Source: a virus
Taxonomy: Duplodnaviria > Caudoviricetes
Virus record (IMG/VR): IMGVR_UViG_3300049846_000236
Location: 1 to 56,702 of that record
Length of the DNA: 56,702 bases
Direction: 5' to 3' (one strand)
Of this stretch, positions 1 through 8,663 are shown in pieces. The number at the start of each line of letters is the position of its first letter. The stretch's first letter is position 1. The notes beneath the pieces are model-generated. The model did no database searches. It was not told the origin of the DNA and was given only the letters and a program-made list of their open reading frames with translations. A program made the translations under genes and the position numbers.

Positions 1-1465
1 AGTCCTCGAACGAGTCCACCGTCTTAAGTGCCTTGTTTACCTCACCCAGCGGAACGTGGAACACTCTAGCGGTATCGCGCAACACACCCTTATCCTTGAA
101 GTATGAATAGGTGGCGATGCTGGCTACATTCTTAAACTTCCGTGCCAGATATTCCTTTACCTCTCCGCGACGGGTGTCCTGAAAATCGGTGTCAATATCT
201 GGGAAGTCGTTACGCTCCTCGTTGATGAACCTCGCAAAGAGCAGGCCGTACTTGATTGGGTCAACCTGTGTAATACCTAGTAGGTAGCACACCAGGCTTC
301 CTGCCGCGCTACCGCGCCCAGGACCAACGAGAATCCCCTTGCTGTTCGCCCACTTGATCATATCGGCTTCGATCAGGAAGTAAGACGAGAACCTCTTGTT
401 CTTGATTACCTCCAACTCGATGCCAAGACGCTTGACATATTCCTCGTTCTTGTCCAGCCCACGCTTTTTCATAGCAGCGTTGCACATAGATACGAGCCTG
501 TCATCAGGGTCGGTCTTTGGCACAGGCAGCAATTCTAGATTCTTATTGTAGTCGTAGTCCCCAACCTCATCAGCAATTGCCACTGTGTTCTCGAAGATAT
601 CCTCACGAGTAATTCCCTGCTCTGCCAGAGTCTTGGCCGCATCCATTCGTGACTGAATAAACACGTCAATCTCAGCGAATGAAATGGGGCGGTCAGGGTA
701 CAGGTAGTTGTATCTCTCGAATACGTCCTTGATTTCCTTAGACTTGGCGTAGGTGGCACCGTCAGCCAACTTCGGCTTCGTGGACAGAATCAGGAGCGCC
801 TCTTCTACGGCCCTCTGGTCCTCTGTGGCAAAGTGGCAGTCGCTCGTGACTACCGGCTTCACACTGTAAAGGTCTGCCAATTCTAGAAGCGTGTGATTCA
901 ATTCGGCAGGGTTATGTGGCTGAATCTCCACATAAAAGTTCTGATCGAAGTTATCCTTGAACCAGCGCATCCACCTGTGAGCGTTGTCCATATCTCCGCG
1001 CTCGATAGCCTTGGATACAATTCCATTCATGCATCCAGACAGCACAATAAGGCCGTCAGCATTCTCTGAGAGAACCTCGGCGTCAATTCGTGGCTTGCGA
1101 TAAAATCCTTCCGTCCAGGCAACCTCTGACAACCTATTCATATTTGCCAGACCCTTCTGATTCTTGGCTAGAAGGATAATGTGATTGAATACCTGGGTAT
1201 TGTCGTCGCGGTTCTTGACAGCGCGACGGTCGAAACGGTCTGTCTCAGAAATGTATGCCTCGACTCCGAGGATTGGCTTTAGGCCTGCTTCCTTAGCGGC
1301 CTCCTGTGCCTCTCTGTGGACCGACAGCGTTCCGTGGTCTGTGAATGCTAGGGCGTGGTGGCCGATACTCTTGGCGGCGTCCAGCAACTCTGCTGGCGTA
1401 CACAGCCCGTCCATAAGTGAATACTGCGAATGGCAGTGAAGATGTACAAAATCTCCTGCGTACAA
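1..1465 (-). CDS. dnaE: DNA polymerase III alpha subunit (family C), 3' end outside window
   Basis: Not in the ORF track because it has no stop in the window. Manual translation from TTG at 1465 (GAGGAG RBS upstream) gives MYAGDFVHLHCHSQYSLMDG (PHP motif), later GPGRGSAAGSLVCYLLGIT and FPDIDTDF (catalytic Asp motif). The same frame reaches position 2. Confidence 0.95.
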   Translation of the reverse strand, partial: MYAGDFVHLHCHSQYSLMDGLCTPAELLDAAKSIGHHALAFTDHGTLSVHREAQEAAKEAGLKPILGVEAYISETDRFDRRAVKNRDDNTQVFNHIILLAKNQKGLANMNRLSEVAWTEGFYRKPRIDAEVLSENADGLIVLSGCMNGIVSKAIERGDMDNAHRWMRWFKDNFDQNFYVEIQPHNPAELNHTLLELADLYSVKPVVTSDCHFATEDQRAVEEALLILSTKPKLADGATYAKSKEIKDVFERYNYLYPDRPISFAEIDVFIQSRMDAAKTLAEQGITREDIFENTVAIADEVGDYDYNKNLELLPVPKTDPDDRLVSMCNAAMKKRGLDKNEEYVKRLGIELEVIKNKRFSSYFLIEADMIKWANSKGILVGPGRGSAAGSLVCYLLGITQVDPIKYGLLFARFINEERNDFPDIDTDFQDTRRGEVKEYLARKFKNVASIATYSYFKDKGVLRDTARVFHVPLGEVNKALKTVDSFED

Positions 1466-1466
1466 A

Positions 1467-1625
1467 CTAATCTCTCCTCAATATTGCGATTACCGCAATC
1501 GTAGTGAGTCCCGTTACTCCAACAACGACATACGGGATCTCGATAACTAAGTATCCTATTAAAACTACTAGTGCAAATAGTACCAGAAGTGTGAATGCAC
1601 CAGCAAGTATCTTTTCAAAGAACAT
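1467..1625 (-). CDS. small membrane protein (two hydrophobic segments)
   Basis: Likely start MFFEKIL after an AGGAG RBS; hydrophobic sequence. The ORF-track start at 1679 runs through a terminator hairpin. Confidence 0.55.
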   Translation of the reverse strand: MFFEKILAGAFTLLVLFALVVLIGYLVIEIPYVVVGVTGLTTIAVIAILRRD

Positions 1626-1642
1626 AATATCTCCTAATGAGT

Positions 1643-1666
1643 GAGGGGCCGGTTTCCCGGCCCCTC
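1643..1666 (-). terminator. GC-rich hairpin downstream of ssb
   Basis: GAGGGGCCGG-tttc-CCGGCCCCTC, a perfect 10-bp stem just after the ssb stop; weak U-tract. Confidence 0.55.
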
Positions 1667-1672
1667 CCCCAA

Positions 1673-2362
1673 TTACCAAGCGATATCTGTGGTATCCTCT
1701 GAGGAACCTGAGTCCTCTTCCTTCTCCATGCCGTAGAACTTGGCCTGCTCCTCGTAAGGAACGCTGCGGGTGCAGATAGCCTCTAGGTCATAGAGTTCGT
1801 AGTGGCTCACATCTTCGTCATCCTTATTTGGTAGAACCACAAGGCTGTACGAGGTGTTGTTGAAGCCTCCACCGTTCCTCTTGATACGGAACTGGTTTTC
1901 AGTGATACCGCCGTACTCATTGGAAATCTCAATAAGAGTCGGGGTGATCGACTTCGGGCCAATGCCCTGGCGCAGAATGGCAACATACGGGTCACCGTCA
2001 ACCGGCGTTACAAGAACGTTGGCGTACAGGCTCGTCTTGCCGTACCACGAATTCGAGCGCTCTTCCTTAGGAAGAGCGTTGTCCTTCCTGTTCATTTCAC
2101 ATGCGAAGCACTTACCCTCATCTGCTGTGCAGAGAGCCTTTGTGCGGAAATCTCCTGGTGCGGAGTGCTCGATGGCAACTAGAACGCTGCCCTTCTCCGG
2201 ATTGAATGATGCTGAATTCTCATCAAACTCTTGGAGGAACCTTACCTTGGCCGATTGGCCATCTTCCAACTTAAACCACTTTGCCCTCGGAGTGTCATCC
2301 GAGTCCTTGTTGCTCTTGTCAACCAACTTCGAAATTGCGTCAATACCTTTTACTAATCCCAT
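1673..2362 (-). CDS. single-stranded DNA-binding protein (gp32-like)
   Basis: KWFKLEDGQSAKVRFL N-terminal motif, C-x8-C-x2-C Zn site, acidic C-tail ending DTTDIAW; lies between primase and polymerase. Confidence 0.75.
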   Translation of the reverse strand: MGLVKGIDAISKLVDKSNKDSDDTPRAKWFKLEDGQSAKVRFLQEFDENSASFNPEKGSVLVAIEHSAPGDFRTKALCTADEGKCFACEMNRKDNALPKEERSNSWYGKTSLYANVLVTPVDGDPYVAILRQGIGPKSITPTLIEISNEYGGITENQFRIKRNGGGFNNTSYSLVVLPNKDDEDVSHYELYDLEAICTRSVPYEEQAKFYGMEKEEDSGSSEDTTDIAW

Positions 2363-2418
2363 TTTATTATTATCTCCTAGTTATGTAGTTGGGCGCATTA
2401 GTGGCCCTGTAGATACTA

Positions 2419-3438
2419 TTATACCATTGATCCAGCATACTCAAAATGGGAAATAGCATTGTTGATGCACTGTGCTACTGCCTCTTCACCGTGTGATTCG
2501 AGTATGTCTGTAGCGTCCTTTAAGTCACCGGGGTATGTCTGCTTCCAACTGTATTGGGCCAGCAGAATCTCTTTGTGCCTACCTAGACGCTTAATCATTT
2601 TCTCGATGTATGCCTTACCAGCAACATCGTAATCTCTGTTGTCAACGAACAGGATAATCCTGTCAAAGTACCTGGCGAGCAGGTTATACTTCTCGTCTGA
2701 CATTGCCGTTCCAAGGCAGGCCACCACGTTTGGGAAGCCTGACTGGTACACCGACATTGCATCAAACGATGACTCGACAACGATCACTGTCGAACCGATG
2801 CGCTTAGCCCGGTGTAGGTTAAAGAAAACTTTTGAGGTTGGCAGGCCGACACTGTTCTTGAATGCCTTGCCAGTAATCGACCTACCAACCACCCCAACAG
2901 GGATGCCATTTGCTGAATGAACCGGGACTGCAACCATATTACGCTTAGCGGAATATCCGATCTTAAACTTCTCTACGGTGTCATCCGTGAATCCTCTACC
3001 ATTCATGTAAACCATACCGGGGTTGCCGGGGACTAAAATGTCCTTGTGCATCCTGTCGAGGGTTTCCTGACTAAATTCTGTGAACTCGGGTGTGTCAGAC
3101 AGAACGATAGTCAGGTCTTCCTCGAAATTATCCTGCTCGGAAGGGCTGTGGTTCAGGATAAACCTTGTGGCCTCGAAAGCGTTTCTACCCGTTACCTTAC
3201 CTACAAGGTCGAGCAGCGTACCGGATGCGCCACATGCAGCGTTGAAACAAATATATCCGTCCTTGGTCTTGGACACGCTCATGCTTGGCGTGTTCCTATT
3301 GCCGTGAATAGGACAGAAGCAGAGAAAATCGTGGCCAGTCTCGGTGACAATCGTGACACCAATATCCCGAAGGATCGCCTTTACTTGGCGTTCGGAGTAT
3401 TTTTTGGTATCAGTTTGCTCCCGCTGAAACCTTCCCAT
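2419..3438 (-). CDS. dnaG: DNA primase
   Basis: CHC2 zinc finger (CPIH...CFNAAC) and TOPRIM motifs (VVESSFDAM, FVDNRD, KDATD). Start placed at MGRFQ (3438). Confidence 0.9.
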   Translation of the reverse strand: MGRFQREQTDTKKYSERQVKAILRDIGVTIVTETGHDFLCFCPIHGNRNTPSMSVSKTKDGYICFNAACGASGTLLDLVGKVTGRNAFEATRFILNHSPSEQDNFEEDLTIVLSDTPEFTEFSQETLDRMHKDILVPGNPGMVYMNGRGFTDDTVEKFKIGYSAKRNMVAVPVHSANGIPVGVVGRSITGKAFKNSVGLPTSKVFFNLHRAKRIGSTVIVVESSFDAMSVYQSGFPNVVACLGTAMSDEKYNLLARYFDRIILFVDNRDYDVAGKAYIEKMIKRLGRHKEILLAQYSWKQTYPGDLKDATDILESHGEEAVAQCINNAISHFEYAGSMV

Positions 3439-3677
3439 TGATATGCCCTTTTCTTCCCTAAATAGATTCCATAGACAGAGAGGGCAAACAGCCATCTGTC
3501 GTTATCAGCATCGTACTCTGTCGCCCATTGTGTGTCAAGATCCAATACCGGGACGTATCCCTTGGACCTCAAATCATGCACAAGCAGGGACTCATACTGA
3601 GCCCTTATGCGGGGAATGTCTGAGTCTTGCCTCAGAACCCCGTCGATACTGAACTTGCTGATGTTCTTATGTTTCAT
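3381..3677 (-). CDS. hypothetical protein between helicase and primase
   Basis: 98-aa ORF in operon context, overlapping the primase start. Confidence 0.65.
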   Translation of the reverse strand: MKHKNISKFSIDGVLRQDSDIPRIRAQYESLLVHDLRSKGYVPVLDLDTQWATEYDADNDRWLFALSVYGIYLGKKRAYQWEGFSGSKLIPKNTPNAK

Positions 3678-3700
3678 TCAGGCATAATTCTGTAGGGGAG

Positions 3701-4930
3701 TTAATCGATTTCCTCGAAACTCTCCTCAATTATACCCTCATTCAGATTAACATTCAAATATACGTTGAACTCTGTTCCGTGCCTATTCTTGCGGGACACC
3801 ACCTCAATAATGTCGGTGTCCTGGTGTCTGTGGACAGACATAGCCATATCAGCATCATATTCGATTGCCTTTGACCAGGCCACCTGGCTCAGAAGCGGCG
3901 GGGTATCCTGGGTGTTGGTGTCATCCATAGTCACAGCAGAGATAGCCATGACGGGAATATTATTCCTCGTGGCCATCAACTTCAATTCTCTGGACAGGTT
4001 CATCATCCTAGGCGTCAGACTCTCAGACATTCTATTGTCCGAAAGCAACTGCATATAGTCACAGACCACTAGATCGGGCTTGTGCTGGTCAATCTTGGAC
4101 TGAATAACCGCAGGGGTGATCTCGCCCTCACCGGACGCATTGGACACGATTGGGAAACTCTGTCGATCCTCTAGAGTTTTCTTAGCCCAATTCCTGAACT
4201 CGTCAGGGTCCACATCACCCTTCTGAAAATCTGACACCCGGAACAAACCGGACGCCATAAGCGCATAGATCCTGTTACGCATATCGTCTGCGCTCATCTC
4301 AGCGGACACGATCATGGGCTTGAATCCCTGCTGCCAGGCCTTGACCGCCAGGTAAGCGGTGAACCACGTCTTACCCCTCGACGGATACCCGATCACTACA
4401 ATGTAGTGACCAGGAGCCATTCCGGTGGGGTAGGACAAATCAATGGAGTCGAAGCCGGTCTTGATACCAGGAGAACCTCCCATTTCCAGAGAGCGCTTCC
4501 TGACCGCCTCCATGTGGACCTCTGCCTCTTTCCAGTCAGTCAGGTCCATATCCTTGATAGCGTGAGTGTGCTTGGCAATATCTGAAAGGTCAGCCTCAAG
4601 ATTGGTAATGACCTTCTCGACTGGATTGCTCTTAAGCCTCTGCCCAGCCTTCATCAGCGCGTCCCTGAGACGTGCGCTGGCATAGTCGTTCTTTAGGTTA
4701 TCCAGATAATACTGGGTCGGTGATGTTACCGGAACCGCATCAAAATCCCTGAACTTGTCCTGCAACTGGTCAATCGAGGGAACCTCACGATACTTATTCC
4801 AGTGGTCTTTGATCTCTTCCCATACGTCGCCGTGTGACTCAAATAGTCTGTCTACATCTGCATCTACGATAAGTGTGCCAATATCCTTGTTCTCGCACAG
4901 CGCGGAGATAACTGCTGCTTCGTTGTTAAT
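3701..4930 (-). CDS. dnaB: replicative DnaB-like helicase (probable ATT start at 4930)
   Basis: Walker A GYPSRGKT, SAEMS, Walker B VVCDYMQL, IEYDAD and KNRHG motifs. The frame stays open upstream of the ORF-track start (4765) to an ATT at 4930, preceded by GAGGAG and overlapping the upstream stop. Confidence 0.92.
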   Translation of the reverse strand: MNNEAAVISALCENKDIGTLIVDADVDRLFESHGDVWEEIKDHWNKYREVPSIDQLQDKFRDFDAVPVTSPTQYYLDNLKNDYASARLRDALMKAGQRLKSNPVEKVITNLEADLSDIAKHTHAIKDMDLTDWKEAEVHMEAVRKRSLEMGGSPGIKTGFDSIDLSYPTGMAPGHYIVVIGYPSRGKTWFTAYLAVKAWQQGFKPMIVSAEMSADDMRNRIYALMASGLFRVSDFQKGDVDPDEFRNWAKKTLEDRQSFPIVSNASGEGEITPAVIQSKIDQHKPDLVVCDYMQLLSDNRMSESLTPRMMNLSRELKLMATRNNIPVMAISAVTMDDTNTQDTPPLLSQVAWSKAIEYDADMAMSVHRHQDTDIIEVVSRKNRHGTEFNVYLNVNLNEGIIEESFEEID

Positions 4931-5270
4931 TTTTCTGCTCCTCCACTCTTCTCTTCGTGTTCCTCAACAGTGTAGCACGACGCTCTTTGTCAGCCGTGAT
5001 GATGGTTAAATTGTTATCTAACTTATCAAAGTTCTTGTAGAAGAACTCTAGGGAGTGGTCAGTCTTGGTGCGGAAGTAGTATTCCAACACCTCACCGGCG
5101 CGTTCAGCGCCGAGACTATCAACCACGTCAGCCATACCCCACTTAGCAGAGTACCTATTTACTACCGGCTTCCTGCCATGCACCTCCCTATATAGGGCGA
5201 TGTACCTAGAAATCAAAATGTACGCTAGGCGGTGCTTCTCTTTATCGCTTAGTTCTCTTAGGTCTGACAT
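4926..5270 (-). CDS. hypothetical protein (possible helicase loader/replication accessory)
   Basis: 114-aa ORF translationally coupled to dnaB; function inferred from position only. Confidence 0.65.
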   Translation of the reverse strand: MSDLRELSDKEKHRLAYILISRYIALYREVHGRKPVVNRYSAKWGMADVVDSLGAERAGEVLEYYFRTKTDHSLEFFYKNFDKLDNNLTIITADKERRATLLRNTKRRVEEQKN

Positions 5271-5496
5271 AAATCTCTTCCACCTCTGCCTTAGTATTTT
5301 CCATCTTCTCCATCAACTTCGCCTGGACGTACTCGTAGATTCGCTCTACGGCCTCGTCTGTGGTTTCCTCGGCGCGAACATGGTCCGTCAGACCAATACT
5401 AACATTGACAGAATTATAGTTCCAAGTCGATTTGAAACTAAGGTTTATCTCAACCTTCGGGGGAGTTGGTGGAGGGCTCAGCCTCTTCTTTTCCAT
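5242..5496 (-). CDS. hypothetical protein
   Basis: Start MEKKRL after an AGGAGG RBS; C-terminal coiled coil. Confidence 0.65.
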   Translation of the reverse strand: MEKKRLSPPPTPPKVEINLSFKSTWNYNSVNVSIGLTDHVRAEETTDEAVERIYEYVQAKLMEKMENTKAEVEEIYVRPKRTKR

Positions 5497-5791
5497 GATT
5501 GTGTCCTCCTGTAAATCCGAATACTGCCTCTTGATCGTGCTTCCCAGCGAAGGTAGCAGCCTCTTCCTGATCACTATACACCAACTCGACCCCATGTGTC
5601 AAGAGTTGGTTTCCAATCTCTGCCCAGGCATTCGCAATCTCTATCATCTGAGCAGACTCTTCGCGCTGCATGGCAAACTTTTGAGCATACGCAAGCGCAT
5701 CCATCGCTGACACATAGGCCAACGGAGCGTTGATATTTACTACTATCGACTCTTCCTCGTGAACATGCTTCTTTTTCTTTTTCTTTGCCAT
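5450..5791 (-). CDS. hypothetical protein with basic N-terminus
   Basis: ATG overlaps the upstream stop (TAATG); begins MAKKKKKKH. Confidence 0.6.
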   Translation of the reverse strand: MAKKKKKKHVHEEESIVVNINAPLAYVSAMDALAYAQKFAMQREESAQMIEIANAWAEIGNQLLTHGVELVYSDQEEAATFAGKHDQEAVFGFTGGHNHGKEEAEPSTNSPEG

Positions 5792-6306
5792 TACCAATCT
5801 TCCGCTAGGTATACAGGGACAAACTCTCCGTCCTCTGTCCGGGCGTACAACTGCATATCATGCTTCACAGCAGCGCGAACATCAGACTTGCCAAGAACAT
5901 TCTTGGGCTTGATCAATCCATCCTTACGGGGGCGCCCCAGGTGCTTATTTGCCATGACCTCCTGAATCTGGAAGATATTTTCTTCCGAGAAGATCCTCCG
6001 CACCGGCCTACCGTCTACCTGAGAGTATAGCATACCGTCTGATTCTATCTCACCTGCCATTAGGTAGTTGTGAATCTGGCGGGTGGTACGGTTGACGATT
6101 TTGGACACCTGACCGATGGTGAAGCCGCGTGAAGCGTGCCGCCTTACATCTGACCATGCAAACATTCGCATGGTACTATCCTCTAGACATAAGGCGACCG
6201 CCTCATCACGAGCATAGATAACTCGAACAAGTTTATATAGTTTTCCGTCGATGAAGAAATATTTCCATTTCTTCTTCAACTTAACTACGCTTGGTCGCTT
6301 AGCCAA
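5791..6306 (-). CDS. MerR-like helix-turn-helix DNA-binding protein
   Basis: FTIGQVSKIVNRTTRQIHNY HTH, followed by RIFSEENI and an AT-hook-like GRPRK. Confidence 0.7.
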   Translation of the reverse strand: MAKRPSVVKLKKKWKYFFIDGKLYKLVRVIYARDEAVALCLEDSTMRMFAWSDVRRHASRGFTIGQVSKIVNRTTRQIHNYLMAGEIESDGMLYSQVDGRPVRRIFSEENIFQIQEVMANKHLGRPRKDGLIKPKNVLGKSDVRAAVKHDMQLYARTEDGEFVPVYLAEDW

Positions 6307-6465
6307 CTATGCTTTGCTCCTCTCATAGAGCCATCGTCCAAACGGGTTGTCGTATTTACTGACGTACACTCTCTTGCCACACATGATGCAAAATACATCA
6401 ATTTTGTTAGCCTCAGAGAACATGGCGTCAACATACATACGACCACCACATTTCTTGCAGTGCAT
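6307..6465 (-). CDS. small zinc-ribbon protein (52 aa)
   Basis: Below the ORF-track cut-off. MHCKKCGGRMYVD...VFCIMCGKR has two CxxC motifs; TAATG coupling to the upstream gene. Confidence 0.75.
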   Translation of the reverse strand: MHCKKCGGRMYVDAMFSEANKIDVFCIMCGKRVYVSKYDNPFGRWLYERSKA

Positions 6466-6761
6466 TACGCCTTCTTAATTGAGGTGGCGTTCTTGATAGC
6501 AGTGTCGAGGCCTGTCGGGTTGTAGAAGCCTGAGTACGCAGCAACAGCAGCAACGAAGATTGCAATGGCTGACGTTCCCCAAGTCTCTAGCGATAGTCCC
6601 TCAGCAGACTGAGCAGCAACCACGACACCAGTAATACCGGCGAGAACGGTGGCTACTACAGCGTTAACCTTAGAAGACCACCCCTGCTGCTTTACAAGAG
6701 CCGCTACAATCGGAAAGAAAACTCCGATAAAGGCGCTCACCTGTACTAGATTCTCATTCAT
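6465..6761 (-). CDS. putative holin
   Basis: 98 aa, about 3 TM helices, basic C-terminus, GGAGG RBS. Confidence 0.55.
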   Translation of the reverse strand: MNENLVQVSAFIGVFFPIVAALVKQQGWSSKVNAVVATVLAGITGVVVAAQSAEGLSLETWGTSAIAIFVAAVAAYSGFYNPTGLDTAIKNATSIKKA

Positions 6762-6789
6762 TAATTTGTTTCCTCCTCTTTATATGTCA

Positions 6790-7548
6790 TTAGGCGGTGT
6801 ATTTCTTTCCACCCACAAAACAAATATACCCCTCATCAGTTTCTTTGATCGGAACTAGTTCAAGAAAATGTTGCCCACCTGAAATATATCCATAAAGAAA
6901 TCCCTGTTGCCAGTTCCTCTGATTGGAGTAATCTGCCTTCTCAACCTTCATCATGTGACCGATTTCATACCCTTCCAGGCGCTGACCGGTAATTTCGTAG
7001 GTCTTGAAGTAGTCCCCGAGCCTGTGCGAGTGGCCCCTGATCAGGGACACCCCCCAGGAGTCAATGTCTGCCTTCACGGATTCGCCGGAGTGCTTAGAAA
7101 CGGCTACGCCGTGGTGGACGTACATATCGTTAAACCTGTTGTAAGGAAGATCGCCATAGTAGTGAAACTCCACTCCATAGTCACTGTGCTTGTACAGTGT
7201 ATCAGGCGTGATCTGTCCTGCGAATTGCGGGGCATTGTCCTTGATAAACTTGTCGTGCCTAGTCCAGCCGTGGTTGCCGTCGAACAAATGGATATCTCCC
7301 TTAGGAGCAATACCTCTAATTGTTTCCAAGAACTCTCTCGTAGCCTTGGCACCGGCCTCATCCACGCTGATCATTTTCTCAGGCCCAACCGCCCAGCGAG
7401 AGGTACTGTCGGAGTCATCAAGGTCGCCCACAAGGTCAATCATGTGGGGCTTGAAGCCCTTTAGTACACTCAGCCAAAGGTTGACAGCCCTATCGTCCTG
7501 TAGTGGAAACTGAATGTCACTACAGGCCAGATATCTTAAATCCGACAT
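6790..7548 (-). CDS. calcineurin-like metallophosphoesterase
   Basis: SDIQFP, VGDLDD, GNHG, HHG and GHSH motifs. Confidence 0.85.
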   Translation of the reverse strand: MSDLRYLACSDIQFPLQDDRAVNLWLSVLKGFKPHMIDLVGDLDDSDSTSRWAVGPEKMISVDEAGAKATREFLETIRGIAPKGDIHLFDGNHGWTRHDKFIKDNAPQFAGQITPDTLYKHSDYGVEFHYYGDLPYNRFNDMYVHHGVAVSKHSGESVKADIDSWGVSLIRGHSHRLGDYFKTYEITGQRLEGYEIGHMMKVEKADYSNQRNWQQGFLYGYISGGQHFLELVPIKETDEGYICFVGGKKYTA

Positions 7549-7796
7549 TTATCTCCTTTTTGGAAGTTACATTCCGCGTGGGCCGACTGTACGTTATCGT
7601 AAGTGTGTGCGCCACCGATGGCCACTGGAACGATGTGATCCAGAGTTGCAGCCTTTGGGTGCGGTAGTCTAAGTGTACTATCAATCGGCTCATCGCACAA
7701 CTTGCAAATCCACCCATCCCGCTCAAACACCAGAAGCCGGTCAACCTTGTCCCCGCGCATATAAATGCGTCGTCTGCGTGGGGAATACTTTCTCAA
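7536..7796 (-). CDS. HNH endonuclease
   Basis: ERDGWICKLC...TLDHIVPVAIGGAHTYDNVQSAHAECNFQKG. Confidence 0.88.
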   Translation of the reverse strand: MRKYSPRRRRIYMRGDKVDRLLVFERDGWICKLCDEPIDSTLRLPHPKAATLDHIVPVAIGGAHTYDNVQSAHAECNFQKGDKCRI

Positions 7797-8227
7797 GCGG
7801 TGGCTTTTGGTCCTACCAAGACGATAGACAGCCCCCTGAGGTCAATGTCTCCGGTTGTAGCACCGACCGACCTCACGCTCACTACCGCCCCATCGCCATC
7901 AAGTGACGAGATCGATGCCATAAGAGGCTTGTTTGCGATTGGTAGCACAGACATTGCTGGCTGCTTAGAAAATGACACAGGGAAGTTGACGCTAACGTTC
8001 TTGTCAGTTTCACCCTCACGAATTGTCATCGTGTCAAAAATTTTAATGAATCCTATAACCTGAACGTTGTCCCCATCTCTGGAGTCCTTACGCTGGTTGC
8101 CATCGGTTGACCGCCGAACCCAAAGTACCCTGGCAGTCTGATCCTTTAGTTCTTTCAGATACTCGATCATATCATTGAACGGATCAACACTTACAGGGGT
8201 ACCCTCATAGAAATCGCTCAGAGCCAT
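7793..8227 (-). CDS. hypothetical (possible small tail/lectin-like protein)
   Basis: VSVNFPVSFSKQPAM resembles gp53/H-lectin-type tail-fibre C-terminal motifs. Confidence 0.6.
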   Translation of the reverse strand: MALSDFYEGTPVSVDPFNDMIEYLKELKDQTARVLWVRRSTDGNQRKDSRDGDNVQVIGFIKIFDTMTIREGETDKNVSVNFPVSFSKQPAMSVLPIANKPLMASISSLDGDGAVVSVRSVGATTGDIDLRGLSIVLVGPKATA

Positions 8228-8622
8228 TAAATTTCCTCGCCGTCAAGATGGAATTCAGCCTCGGCGTCCGAAACTTCGATCACTTGCGAGTAATCAAACC
8301 CGTAATCGCCCAGAGGGGCGGTGACCAGACATTTCTTAGCATTGCTGATTATGTATATTTTACCATCTTTGGCGTTCTGAATCAAGGTTCCGTCTCTGAA
8401 CCCGAGTGTTCCGACAATTTTGCGTGGGAACGAATCGGCCAACCTATCCAGAGGATAGACGGGAAGCCCCCATGATGCCAAGGCCCGGTCACTATAGAAT
8501 CTATATCCATTACCACCCTTAGCCATAAATACTATAGAACCCCAAGAATAGACTAATCCATCAATTACCTTATCTATAGGATAATATAAAATTTCTTGAT
8601 CTCTTTGTTTCTTAAAGAACAT
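8227..8622 (-). CDS. hypothetical protein
   Basis: 131-aa ORF; leaderless start 6 nt after a consensus promoter. Confidence 0.7.
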   Translation of the reverse strand: MFFKKQRDQEILYYPIDKVIDGLVYSWGSIVFMAKGGNGYRFYSDRALASWGLPVYPLDRLADSFPRKIVGTLGFRDGTLIQNAKDGKIYIISNAKKCLVTAPLGDYGFDYSQVIEVSDAEAEFHLDGEEI

Positions 8623-8628
8623 ATCTAT

Positions 8629-8657
8629 ATGGTAGCCCCTCGCTAATAGCCTGTCAA
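8629..8657 (-). promoter_or_regulatory. sigmaA-type promoter for the accessory/replication operon
   Basis: TTGACA-17 nt-TACCAT on the minus strand, with ATG 6 nt downstream. Confidence 0.75.
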
Positions 8658-8663
8658 GTCGTT

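Noticed and set aside
1-4930. Inteins or introns in dnaE, dnaG or dnaB
   Set aside because: Frames are continuous, lengths are normal, and no intein C/HN splice motifs are seen in the visible part.
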